Of a stretch of 10,910 nucleotides of DNA, positions 1 to 7,154 are shown in pieces (the stretch's first letter is position 1; the number at the start of each line of letters is the position of its first letter). The notes beneath the pieces were generated by a model. The model was not told where the DNA came from and ran no database searches. It was given only the letters and a program-made list of their open reading frames with translations. This DNA comes from Pseudobacteriovorax sp. (GTDB taxonomy: Bacteria; Bdellovibrionota_B; Oligoflexia; Oligoflexales; Oligoflexaceae), in NCBI GenBank assembly GCA_050293845.1, contig JBNKNM010000193.1, forward strand, positions 1 through 10,910. The letters run 5' to 3'. Made by a program: the position numbers and the translations under genes.

Positions 1-15
1 AGGTATTCAAAAATA

Positions 16-52
16 TCAATAAGGTTTTTGGGGAGACCTAAAACCTTATTGA
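16..52. terminator. Strong inverted repeat / hairpin, possible intrinsic terminator
   Basis: TCAATAAGGTTTT (16-28) is the perfect reverse complement of AAAACCTTATTGA (40-52). After a T-T mismatch, GG/CC extends the stem around a 5-nt loop. There is no clear U-tract, so the function is uncertain. Confidence 0.4.
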
Positions 53-311
53 ACTAAGGAAACTTTCCAAAATATTAGTTTCTCGTCTTCCTAGCCTCCT
101 TTTGTTTCCACGCTTAGCGAGCCTTCGTGACAACCGGATCTACAGATTGAATTAGTTGAAATCTACTTTTAGCATTCTATTTTTTATTTCAAAAGGGGTT
201 CATATAGAGTAGAAGTCTTGTTAAAGTTTAAAGTTCGATTCTCTAATTTTACTTCACGCTAGTAGAGCGGTTTTCCGTTTTTCTTGATTCACCCTTTCCT
301 ATTTTGTTTGT

Positions 312-512
312 GTACGCGGATCGAAGGGAGTAATTGTGGCGGTGGCCCGAAGGTTACTTGGAAGAATTCGATATTGCTTTAAGAGCGAACAAGAATATCG
401 GTACGAGAACCTAGCAGTTCACTTGTCCAATTACATAACTTTGACATGTAAGAATATTCGAAATGTGCAACTTTGTAGAGTCAAAAATTTTCGCTTCCGG
501 TCATGTTATTAG
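312..512 (+). pseudogene. C-terminal fragment of an IS110-family transposase (remnant)
   Basis: The frame from 312 reads VRGSKGVIVAVARRLLGRIRYCFKSEQEYRY..., resembling the IS110 C-terminal 'GKKKAIVAVARKL..I......Y' motif. It ends at TAG 510-512. No upstream catalytic domains; similarity is limited to about 315-405. Confidence 0.55.
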
Positions 513-552
513 ACTAATGGTGCATATAAATCAGAACGAAAAAAAAACTTGT

Positions 553-757
553 GGCACGACTACGGTTTTGACCACGATGGGCATATGGTTTGCGCATTGT
601 CACTTTAAAATATGATTTACAATTAAATGATCCAGGTATACCTTTACAGAGCTACGGTAAGAGTTAGCAAAGAACAAGCTCTGAGGCAAGCCATTTTGAT
701 CTTATCAATGAACTTCATCACAGAACTTCAAGTCACAACTATTTTTTGAGCCCGTAA
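553..757 (+). pseudogene. Possible frameshifted remnant of a CHAT (caspase-HetF-like) domain C-terminus
   Basis: SKEQALRQA from 666, then after a frameshift DLINELHHRTSSHNYFLSP* (TAA 755-757). This resembles the CHAT tail 'SKAEALRQAQL.LI...SHPYFWAPF'. Weaker GTTTVLTTM at 553 may correspond to 'GA.SVL.TLW'. Confidence 0.4.
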
Positions 758-760
758 ATC

Positions 761-3712
761 ATGAACGATATAGACGAAATTGCCTTTATAAAGCAGTCAC
801 TGGAGATTTTTAATGGTGCTGTTGAACTTCCTGAGAACGAAAAACAGGAATATATCCGTAAACGATGTGGAAATAATAAGGCCCTCCTAAAGAACTGTTT
901 ATCTCTACTGGCAAATGATTGCAGCGATAGCAGTTTTTTTGGTGATCTGTCCGATCCGGAGCTGGAAAGGATAAATGATCCCAAACTTGTGGGTGAAGTG
1001 GTAGGTACCTATCGGCTGAATAAAAAACTAGGTAGCGGTGGTATGGCTGATGTGTATGTAGCCACACGCACAGATGGTATCCATAATAATCCCGTCGCGC
1101 TAAAGCTGGTACGGGGCTGGGGTGATACGTCGGAACTGGTTGCACGTTTTAAACGGGAACGAAAAATCCTCTCTGGTTTAAAACACCCCAATATTGCCTA
1201 TTTTCTCGATGGCGGTGTATCGGAGCAGGGTCGACCCTATTACGCTATGGAGTATGTGGAAGGTGAGCATTTCGATAAGTACTGTAAACATAATAAACTG
1301 TCCCTAGAAGAGTGTTTAAAGCTATTTGTCAAGATCTGTGAGACCGTAGCGAGTGCCCATCAGCAACTGGTGATTCATCGGGATCTAAAACCTAGCAATA
1401 TACTGGTCACTAAAGAGGGGCAAGTGAAGCTGCTGGATTTTGGCATTGCTAAAATGATGGACGATGAGGAGCTAGAAACCAAGCTATCTGTTATGGGAAT
1501 TCCCATGACGCCACGCTATGGTAGTCCTGAGCAAGTAAAACGGGAAATACTGACTACAGCCAGCGATCAGTACACCCTGGGTGTCATCCTTTATGAACTT
1601 TTAACAGATCAATCTCCCTATGATCTTAAAAAGGGAGATTTACTCGAATCTATCAGCCATACGCAGCCGAAAAAACCAAGTCAAGCACTTTTGAAGGAAG
1701 GCAAAAAGAATCACATAAGTCACAAACTTTCCCAAGATCTAGACGTGATCGTCATGAAGGCTCTGCAAAAAGAGCCTGAACGCCGCTACGCATCGGTACA
1801 GCAGTTTGCCGATGATATCTATCGCTATCTTAGTAAACGTCCAGTAATCGCTCGCAAGGACACCCTCCTGTATTTATCAACGAGATTTATTCAAAGAAAC
1901 CGTACAATGGCTGCCCTTGTTTTTGTATCTCTCATCACCTTTTTAGGGCAGCAAATGCGCGTGATGAATGAAAGGGATATCGCAATAAAAAAGGGGGAGA
2001 TTGCAAATCAAGTACAGGATTTTATGATTACCCTTTTTGAAATTTCAGATCCAGGGGAAGCAAGAGGAAATAGCATCACTGCACGAGAGATTTTGGATCG
2101 CGGCGTGGAAAAGATTGAACAAGGTTTAAAGGAGCAGCCTGAAGAAAAAAGTGCCTTGCTTAATACAATGGGCATCGTTTATCGGGAATTAGGTTTATAT
2201 AACAAGTCGGCTCCATTATTGGAAAAGGCCTTGGAATTACGGCAGAAATATTTACCAGTAGGAAGTACTGAAGAAGCCGAGAGTTTGAATGAATTTGCTA
2301 AATTGCTAAGAGAAACAGGGCATTATGAAGAAGCTGAAGTGCAGCATCAAAAAGCGCTTACCATCCTTATTAGTATTCTTGGCGAGAATCATCTTAATCT
2401 GAGTGATATCTATAACAATCTAGGAAAGTTGTATTTTAGAAAAGGGGAGTTCAGTCGTGCCATTAAATATTTTGAAAAAACCCTAGCTATAAGAATAAAT
2501 GGGTTGGGAAAAAATCATTCAGATGTATCTAACGCTTTACACAATCTGGGAACTGTGTACCTCAGAACAGGAAAGTATGAACTTGCAACTGATTTTTTTA
2601 AAAAGGCTTTGGCTATAAAAATAGATGAGCTGGGAGAAAATCATCTGTATGTGGCCGATACCTATATCAATATGGGTATTTTGAATTTGGAGAAAGGAGA
2701 ATATAACCTTTCCATTAAATCTTTTGAAAAGTCCTTACCTATAAGAATAGATGCTCTGGGAGAAAATCACCCGGATGTGGCAGCGATTTATGAAAATCTG
2801 GGGCTTGTGTATGAAGAAAAAGGTGAATACGACCGCGCTATTGAATATTTTGAAAAGTCCTTGCTTATAAAAATTAATGTATTGGGGGAAAGTCATCCGA
2901 AAGTGGCCGATACTTATAACAATCTAGGACTTGTGTATCATGATAAAGGAGAGTATGAGATCGCAATTAAGTATTTTAATAAATCCTTACCTATAAGAAT
3001 AGATACTCTGGGAGAAAATCATCCGAAAGTGGGCGGGGCTTATCACAACCTAGGATCAATATATCAAGCGAAAGGAGAGTATGAGATCGCAGTTAAGTAT
3101 TATAATAAATCCTTACCTATTCAAATAAATGCACTGGGAGAAAATCATTCGGATGTGGCTATGATTTATGGGAATCTTGGCGTCATATATAATGACAAAG
3201 GAGAATACGACCGCGCGATTGAATATTTTGATAAGTCCTTGCTTATAAAAATAAAGATACTGGGAGGAAAACACCAAAGTGTGGCCCGCATTTATAACAC
3301 TATGGGGAGTTCCTATTCAGGAAAAGGGGAATATGACCGCGCGATTGAATATTATGAGAAGGCCTTGCATATAAAAATAAATGCGTTGGGAGAAAAACAT
3401 CTAAGTGTGGCCGGTAGTTATTCCAATCTGGGAATTGTATATGGAAAAAAAGGAGAGTATAACCAAGCAAACAAATATTTTAAAAAATCCATATCGATTC
3501 TTTCTGTCACTGTCGATGACGATCATCCACGTTATGCCGAAGTGTATGCTGGCCTAGGAGACGTGAGCAAGAAGTTATTACAGAATTCCCGCGCTCTAGA
3601 CTATTACCAAAAAGCGCTTGCCATAAGAATTGAAAAATTAGGAGCTGAGCATCCAGAAACAATTGAGGTAAAAACAAAGATAGCTAATCTAAAAAAGTCG
3701 ATGAAGTTATAG
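761..3712 (+). CDS. Ser/Thr protein kinase with C-terminal TPR array (ECF-sigma-associated type)
   Basis: 983 aa with intact kinase motifs LGSGGMADVY, VALK, ERKIL, HRDLKPSN, DFG, TPRYGSPEQ, SDQYTLG and PERRY. These are followed by a short hydrophobic stretch (MAALVFVSLITFLG), a 'DPGEARG..ITAREILDRG' linker typical of sigma-linked kinases, and about 12 TPR units of 42 aa. No strong RBS. Confidence 0.96.
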   Translation: MNDIDEIAFIKQSLEIFNGAVELPENEKQEYIRKRCGNNKALLKNCLSLLANDCSDSSFFGDLSDPELERINDPKLVGEVVGTYRLNKKLGSGGMADVYVATRTDGIHNNPVALKLVRGWGDTSELVARFKRERKILSGLKHPNIAYFLDGGVSEQGRPYYAMEYVEGEHFDKYCKHNKLSLEECLKLFVKICETVASAHQQLVIHRDLKPSNILVTKEGQVKLLDFGIAKMMDDEELETKLSVMGIPMTPRYGSPEQVKREILTTASDQYTLGVILYELLTDQSPYDLKKGDLLESISHTQPKKPSQALLKEGKKNHISHKLSQDLDVIVMKALQKEPERRYASVQQFADDIYRYLSKRPVIARKDTLLYLSTRFIQRNRTMAALVFVSLITFLGQQMRVMNERDIAIKKGEIANQVQDFMITLFEISDPGEARGNSITAREILDRGVEKIEQGLKEQPEEKSALLNTMGIVYRELGLYNKSAPLLEKALELRQKYLPVGSTEEAESLNEFAKLLRETGHYEEAEVQHQKALTILISILGENHLNLSDIYNNLGKLYFRKGEFSRAIKYFEKTLAIRINGLGKNHSDVSNALHNLGTVYLRTGKYELATDFFKKALAIKIDELGENHLYVADTYINMGILNLEKGEYNLSIKSFEKSLPIRIDALGENHPDVAAIYENLGLVYEEKGEYDRAIEYFEKSLLIKINVLGESHPKVADTYNNLGLVYHDKGEYEIAIKYFNKSLPIRIDTLGENHPKVGGAYHNLGSIYQAKGEYEIAVKYYNKSLPIQINALGENHSDVAMIYGNLGVIYNDKGEYDRAIEYFDKSLLIKIKILGGKHQSVARIYNTMGSSYSGKGEYDRAIEYYEKALHIKINALGEKHLSVAGSYSNLGIVYGKKGEYNQANKYFKKSISILSVTVDDDHPRYAEVYAGLGDVSKKLLQNSRALDYYQKALAIRIEKLGAEHPETIEVKTKIANLKKSMKL
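2270..3660 (+). repeat. 126-bp-period coding tandem repeat (42-aa kinesin-light-chain-like TPRs)
   Basis: Unit LGENHPxVAxxYxNLGxxYxxKGEYxxAIxYFxKSLxIxIxx. The E codon of 'GEY' recurs at 2699, 2825, 2951, 3077, 3203 and 3329, an exact 126-nt spacing. Boundaries are approximate. Confidence 0.92.
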
Positions 3713-3730
3713 TGCCTCTACTTTTGTCTA

Positions 3731-4021
3731 CTAGGAAAGATTCCTTCGTTGTTTTTGATCCTGGAAAATCCTCCAATGCCCCATCCTAATATAAAGATAA
3801 TATTTTTTGACTGCTTCATGTGTAAAGAACGTTGGATGTATTTTGATATTTAGGTTTTGACGAGGTAAACTCCTACAAATTTCTTCCCAATTTCGTGCTT
3901 TTGAAACTTCGTCTATAGATTTATCACTTTGACAATATTCTATTGCTAGAATTTCTACCAAGCTTTCATCGTCGATAAAGTAGTCCCGAGTATTGAACAA
4001 ATAGCTTTTGAAATCATTCAT
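3731..4021 (-). CDS. Hypothetical 96-aa protein translationally coupled to the ECF sigma; candidate anti-sigma, possibly truncated
   Basis: ATGA overlap with the sigma stop (4018-4021); ends in tandem TAG TAG. No recognisable motif or TM helix; the role is inferred from position only. Confidence 0.6.
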   Translation of the reverse strand: MNDFKSYLFNTRDYFIDDESLVEILAIEYCQSDKSIDEVSKARNWEEICRSLPRQNLNIKIHPTFFTHEAVKKYYLYIRMGHWRIFQDQKQRRNLS

Positions 4022-4611
4022 CGAGCATCCTCTCGAACTTGAGATATTTTATCGTGAATATGAAAACGAAATTTTTCACGTAGACGATATACCTTTGAAG
4101 TAACTGTACCTATAGGTAGATCTAGTTTATGAGAAATTTCTTTAAATGACAAACCTTCTTCATAAAACAATCTAAAGCACTCTCCACCATTAGATTTTGA
4201 TATATTCTCAATAATATTACTAAGCAGTTGCAGTTCTAGTTCTCGTTGAGGATTTGATTTCCATACATTTTCCATTGCTATTTTGGTATCACTATCAGAA
4301 TTGAATGTTTTTCTACACATTTCAATTCTATAATTATCGATAACTAGGTTTCTTGCTGTTACAGTCAAAAAAGATCTTATTTTTTTACTTTCTATTTTCG
4401 AGAGATTTTTATAAAGACGAAGAAAAATTTCTTGTGTAATGTCATCAGTTTCTTCTTTGTTCATATTTAGCTTTCGTAAATAAAACTGTATATATCCTAT
4501 ATGTTGATCATATATTTTCTTGAATTTTTCGTGGCTTAACCTCTTAGGCTCTTCAATTGATATAACGTGGCCATTCTTCAAGCTATTTTTTTCTTTAAGC
4601 AATATTCTCAT
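4018..4611 (-). CDS. ECF-subfamily RNA polymerase sigma-70 factor
   Basis: Region 2: ETDDITQEIFLRLY...FLTVTARNLVIDNYR. Region 4: FYEEGLSFKEISHKLDLPIGTVTSKVYRLR. RBS AAGGGAG upstream of the ATG. Confidence 0.93.
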   Translation of the reverse strand: MRILLKEKNSLKNGHVISIEEPKRLSHEKFKKIYDQHIGYIQFYLRKLNMNKEETDDITQEIFLRLYKNLSKIESKKIRSFLTVTARNLVIDNYRIEMCRKTFNSDSDTKIAMENVWKSNPQRELELQLLSNIIENISKSNGGECFRLFYEEGLSFKEISHKLDLPIGTVTSKVYRLREKFRFHIHDKISQVREDAR

Positions 4612-4641
4612 GATTTTTCTCCCTTGGTTTAAACCGACATG

Positions 4642-4776
4642 TCATTTCGTTGGGAAGCCCGTATTGTTATGTTTTAAATCTGGGAAGGCATAATATTGAT
4701 TCTTTTCATCATTTTCTATTCCCACTACTAAAACGTTTCTGAAAATCGCTAATTGCTGTTTGTTTGCACCATTCAT
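4642..4776 (-). CDS. Putative 44-aa small ORF upstream of, and in frame with, the ECF sigma
   Basis: AAGGGA followed by an A-run and ATG. Translates to MNGANKQQLAIFRNVLVVGIENDEKNQYYAFPDLKHNNTGFPTK*. Below the ORF-track cutoff; no homology recognised. Confidence 0.35.
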   Translation of the reverse strand: MNGANKQQLAIFRNVLVVGIENDEKNQYYAFPDLKHNNTGFPTK

Positions 4777-5056
4777 TTTTTCCCTTAATCACTTAGCTAC
4801 CAAAACCAGAGAGAAAAGTGTCATCGATGTAAAATTTTTTTGACAATGGTATAGATAGAGGATAGCTATGAACTATTGGCCTGACCTGATTCTCCACATG
4901 TAGACACCAAGCTGATCCTAACTGACAACAATTTATTGATGCAAAACTAAGGACAAAGCATATAAAGAAAGTTGTTCTACTGTAGAAAAAGTGTTCAAAG
5001 CCAGAGATGACTAGGTAATTTTATTGGGAATGGGATTTCATACAAAGGAGATTCCT

Positions 5057-5629
5057 ATGTCTTTGATTACAGAACATATTCGTGCTTGGAATATTGGTGA
5101 TGAAGCCTCGCTTGATAAACTGATCGTCATGACCTACCAGCGACTGCGCATATCGGCTAAACGAGCCCTAGGCGATGTCAATGGTGTTCATTCTCTGCAA
5201 GCAACAGAGCTAGTGAATGAGCTATATTGCCACTTTAAAAAATATAAAATGACAAACTGTACCGGCAGTGCTGAGTTTTTTGGCATAGCTGCATGGCGAC
5301 TGAGGGACATTCTCAAAAAAAAGCTGCGAAATAAATACGCCAGGAAAAGGGATTTTGGCGTTAAAGTGAGTGGATGCGATGTCGAAAACCTCAAGGCACC
5401 ACACACGGTACTGCAACAACTGGTACTTACCCAATCTCTAGAGACACTTAAGAAAGTGGATGCCCAAATGGCTCAAATCGCAGAATTAAGAACATTTTGG
5501 GAATTCACCGTACCAGAGATTTGTGACATCGTTAATATATCTACAAGTACTTATCACCGAAAGTGGAGACAGGCTAAGGCAATTCTTGTTCAACAGTTTA
5601 GTCATAACTCACTATCGTACCAGTCATGA
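5057..5629 (+). CDS. ECF-type sigma factor, TIGR02999/ECF43-like (kinase-associated)
   Basis: ITEHIRAWNIGDEASLDKLIVMTYQRLR...HSLQATELVNELY...FFGIAAWRLRDIL...ARKR...AQIAELRTFWEFTVPEICDIVNISTSTYHRKWRQAKAIL matches the family pattern (W..GD..ALD.L...Y..LR, HTLQPTALV.E.Y, FF..AA..MR.IL, W..A.A.L). Start moved from 5024 to ATG 5057 because of AAGGAG at 5045-5050; 190 aa. Confidence 0.9.
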   Translation: MSLITEHIRAWNIGDEASLDKLIVMTYQRLRISAKRALGDVNGVHSLQATELVNELYCHFKKYKMTNCTGSAEFFGIAAWRLRDILKKKLRNKYARKRDFGVKVSGCDVENLKAPHTVLQQLVLTQSLETLKKVDAQMAQIAELRTFWEFTVPEICDIVNISTSTYHRKWRQAKAILVQQFSHNSLSYQS

Positions 5630-5721
5630 ACGACATCGATGAAAATTCGAAAGTAACCTATGTGATCATAGAGTATCATTAAGGACATTCCCTAAGCCGA
5701 TATCAAAACGATAAAAAACTT
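5626..5721 (+). pseudogene. Collapsed remnant of a paralogous Ser/Thr kinase gene
   Basis: ATGA overlap with the sigma stop. Encodes MNDIDE, identical to the first 6 aa of the kinase at 761 with 3 synonymous differences. The same frame continues VTYVIIEYH*GHSLSRYQNDKKL, which aligns ungapped to the intact kinase's RPYYAMEYVEGEHFDKYCKHNKL (1232-1300). Confidence 0.7.
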
Positions 5722-5786
5722 GTGATCTGCCACACAAAAGTGAGAGCTACTACAAGCTTCAAAAATCAAAGGAGAACCCCAACAGT

Positions 5787-5999
5787 TGAAGTGGTCCCAT
5801 TTTCCAGGACACTCTGTATAATCATTTAGATTTTAAGGAGGTTATGAAATGGATAAGAAGAAGACTTGGAGCAGCTATCCAATAGAACTCAAGAAAAAAA
5901 AGCGGTTATAATGACGTAGCAAGAAGGGGTCTCCGTTAGTGATGTTGCTGATCAAATGGGCATCTCGCCTCAATATCTTTCCCAGTGGCGTTCTCAGCT
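5787..5999 (+). mobile_element. Truncated IS3-family element: left inverted repeat plus degraded orfA
   Basis: TGAAGTGGTCCCATTTTCCAGGACAC (5787-5812) has IS3-type terminal IR form. RBS AAGGAGG and ATG at 5849 give MDKKKTWSSYPIELKKK, then a frameshift in an A-run to AVIMT*QEGVSVSDVADQMGISPQYLSQWRSQL, an HTH_Tnp_1-like helix-turn-helix. No orfB or right IR seen. Confidence 0.82.
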
Positions 6000-6329
6000 G
6001 CTCCAAGACAGAGCTCCAAGCTTGGATGGAATTCCTAGAAATTTATTTTTAGTTGCGACCACTCGTTTTGAGTATTCTTCGATGAACTCTTCTGCTGGGA
6101 CAAGCTCGTGCTTTAGTACCTTGTACTCAAGTTTCATCTTTTTGGTTTGGATCTTTGCAAGTTTGGCGCGTTCTTGATCTAGTGATAATCCTCCTTGCCT
6201 CTTGTCCTCATACAAAGCACGCAAAGCTTGCTCGGAATCGTAGTATGATCTTGGGCCAACAATTTCAAAGGGCTTAACCCTTAGTAAGCGTTTTTTATGC
6301 TTCTTCCTGATTGTGAAAACAACTCGTGG
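5994..6329 (-). pseudogene. Phage terminase small subunit (lambda Nu1-like) fragment
   Basis: Open frame ...KKRLLRVKPFEIVGPRSYYDSEQALRALYEDKRQGGLSLDQERAKLAKIQTKKMKLEYKVLKHELVPAEEFIEEYSKRVVATKNKFLGIPSKL matches the Nu1-like 'ERARL...Q.....L......ELVP.........K..L.IP.KL' pattern. No start codon for the N-terminal part (in-frame TAG at 6330-6332), the C-terminus ends at the IS3 junction, and there is no terL. Confidence 0.75.
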
Positions 6330-6443
6330 CTATAACTATAGTATGTGTTTTTGGCCTTTGATAAATTTGTGAGAAATTCCTATCTTCAGTACCTTGAAGT
6401 ATCAGGTTTTCCAAATACTATTCGTCCATTACTGGGCTTATGT

Positions 6444-7154
6444 TTATGCTGCCATGTTAGTCTTGGTGTATTTCCATATTTCGTGATCAAGTAATCTTGG
6501 AGTTATTTCAGGGTAATCGCTTTGCAGCATTTTTGCTACTAATGTGATAGCTTCTGTGGCTTGATAGCTATCGAAAGTTGAGTTCGTACATTGGCTTAAG
6601 AACCTTAGCACCATACGATCAGGTTTGATTTGGCTGTTATCTCCTGCTAGCATCAAAAAATATGAGAACGAGATTCCAGAGCGTTGACCTGGGATAGATT
6701 TAATTTCTATTTCGATATCTTTCAATTTTTCGAAATCTAGATCTTGGAACTTATCAATATGATGATCTTTCATCACACTTGCAAATTTCAGAGTTGCCGT
6801 TGCCTTCAAAATCCCGTTTTTCGATGATGTTCGCTGTTGATTGTTAAATATATTTTTAGCGATCGAGATGTCATCATCATCGGGAAATAAGTCTAGAAAA
6901 TGTTTAATTCCCACTTGCGATTCTCTTGGAAGATGTAACGAACCATAGGGTCGAAAATTTTCGAGATCGAAATATTTACATACTGAGGTGACGGTGTTTT
7001 TAGTCGAGGTATAGTTGGCTCCAATCGAGAAGACAGAATCTACAATGCACAAAGGTAGGCTATGATAGAAAAATGATTCGCTAAGTTTTGCGTTTTTTAG
7101 GTTAAGGTGGGTCCGGCAAAACTCAGCTATAGTTTCTATATGATTTGAGTTCAA
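6444..7154 (-). CDS. HhH-GPD-fold DNA glycosylase-like protein (atypical)
   Basis: 236 aa. Motifs LPLCIVDSVFSIGANY, HhH-like IKSIPGQRSGISFSYFLMLAG, KPDRMVLRFL (Asp at the HhH-GPD catalytic position) and terminal TPRLLDHEIW. TTG start overlaps the upstream TGA, with RBS AAGGAG. Gene call is strong; function is moderately supported. Confidence 0.75.
   Translation of the reverse strand: MNSNHIETIAEFCRTHLNLKNAKLSESFFYHSLPLCIVDSVFSIGANYTSTKNTVTSVCKYFDLENFRPYGSLHLPRESQVGIKHFLDLFPDDDDISIAKNIFNNQQRTSSKNGILKATATLKFASVMKDHHIDKFQDLDFEKLKDIEIEIKSIPGQRSGISFSYFLMLAGDNSQIKPDRMVLRFLSQCTNSTFDSYQATEAITLVAKMLQSDYPEITPRLLDHEIWKYTKTNMAA

Noticed and set aside
60..300. Possible decayed minus-strand gene (AGGAAAGG then GTG AAT CAA GAA...)
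   Set aside because: Multiple stops and no recognisable protein motif.
739..1191. Minus-strand ORFs 739-984, 810-1145 and 1009-1191
   Set aside because: Antisense shadows of the well-supported kinase gene, with no motifs.
2270..3660. Regular DNA repeats as a possible CRISPR array or DGR template/variable pair
   Set aside because: The period is 126 bp, in frame and fully explained by TPR coding. There are no unique spacers, no reverse transcriptase in the window, and I saw no adenine-restricted pattern.
4840..4870. Perfect TTGACA (4840-4845) as a sigma70 -35 element
   Set aside because: No convincing TAnnnT -10 at 16-18 bp spacing; the hexamer is expected by chance in AT-rich DNA.
5024..5056. 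TTG start for the plus-strand sigma given by the ORF track
   Set aside because: ATG 5057 has a strong AAGGAG RBS and family similarity begins there.
5188..5434. Minus-strand ORFs 5188-5406 and 5222-5434
   Set aside because: Antisense to the sigma gene; no independent evidence.
5956..6177. 73-aa plus-strand ORF
   Set aside because: Chimera of the last IS3 orfA codons reading into the antisense strand of the terminase fragment.
6385..6400. CTTCA-N6-TGAAG hairpin as terminator of the four-gene operon
   Set aside because: Only a 5-bp stem with no U-tract; too weak.
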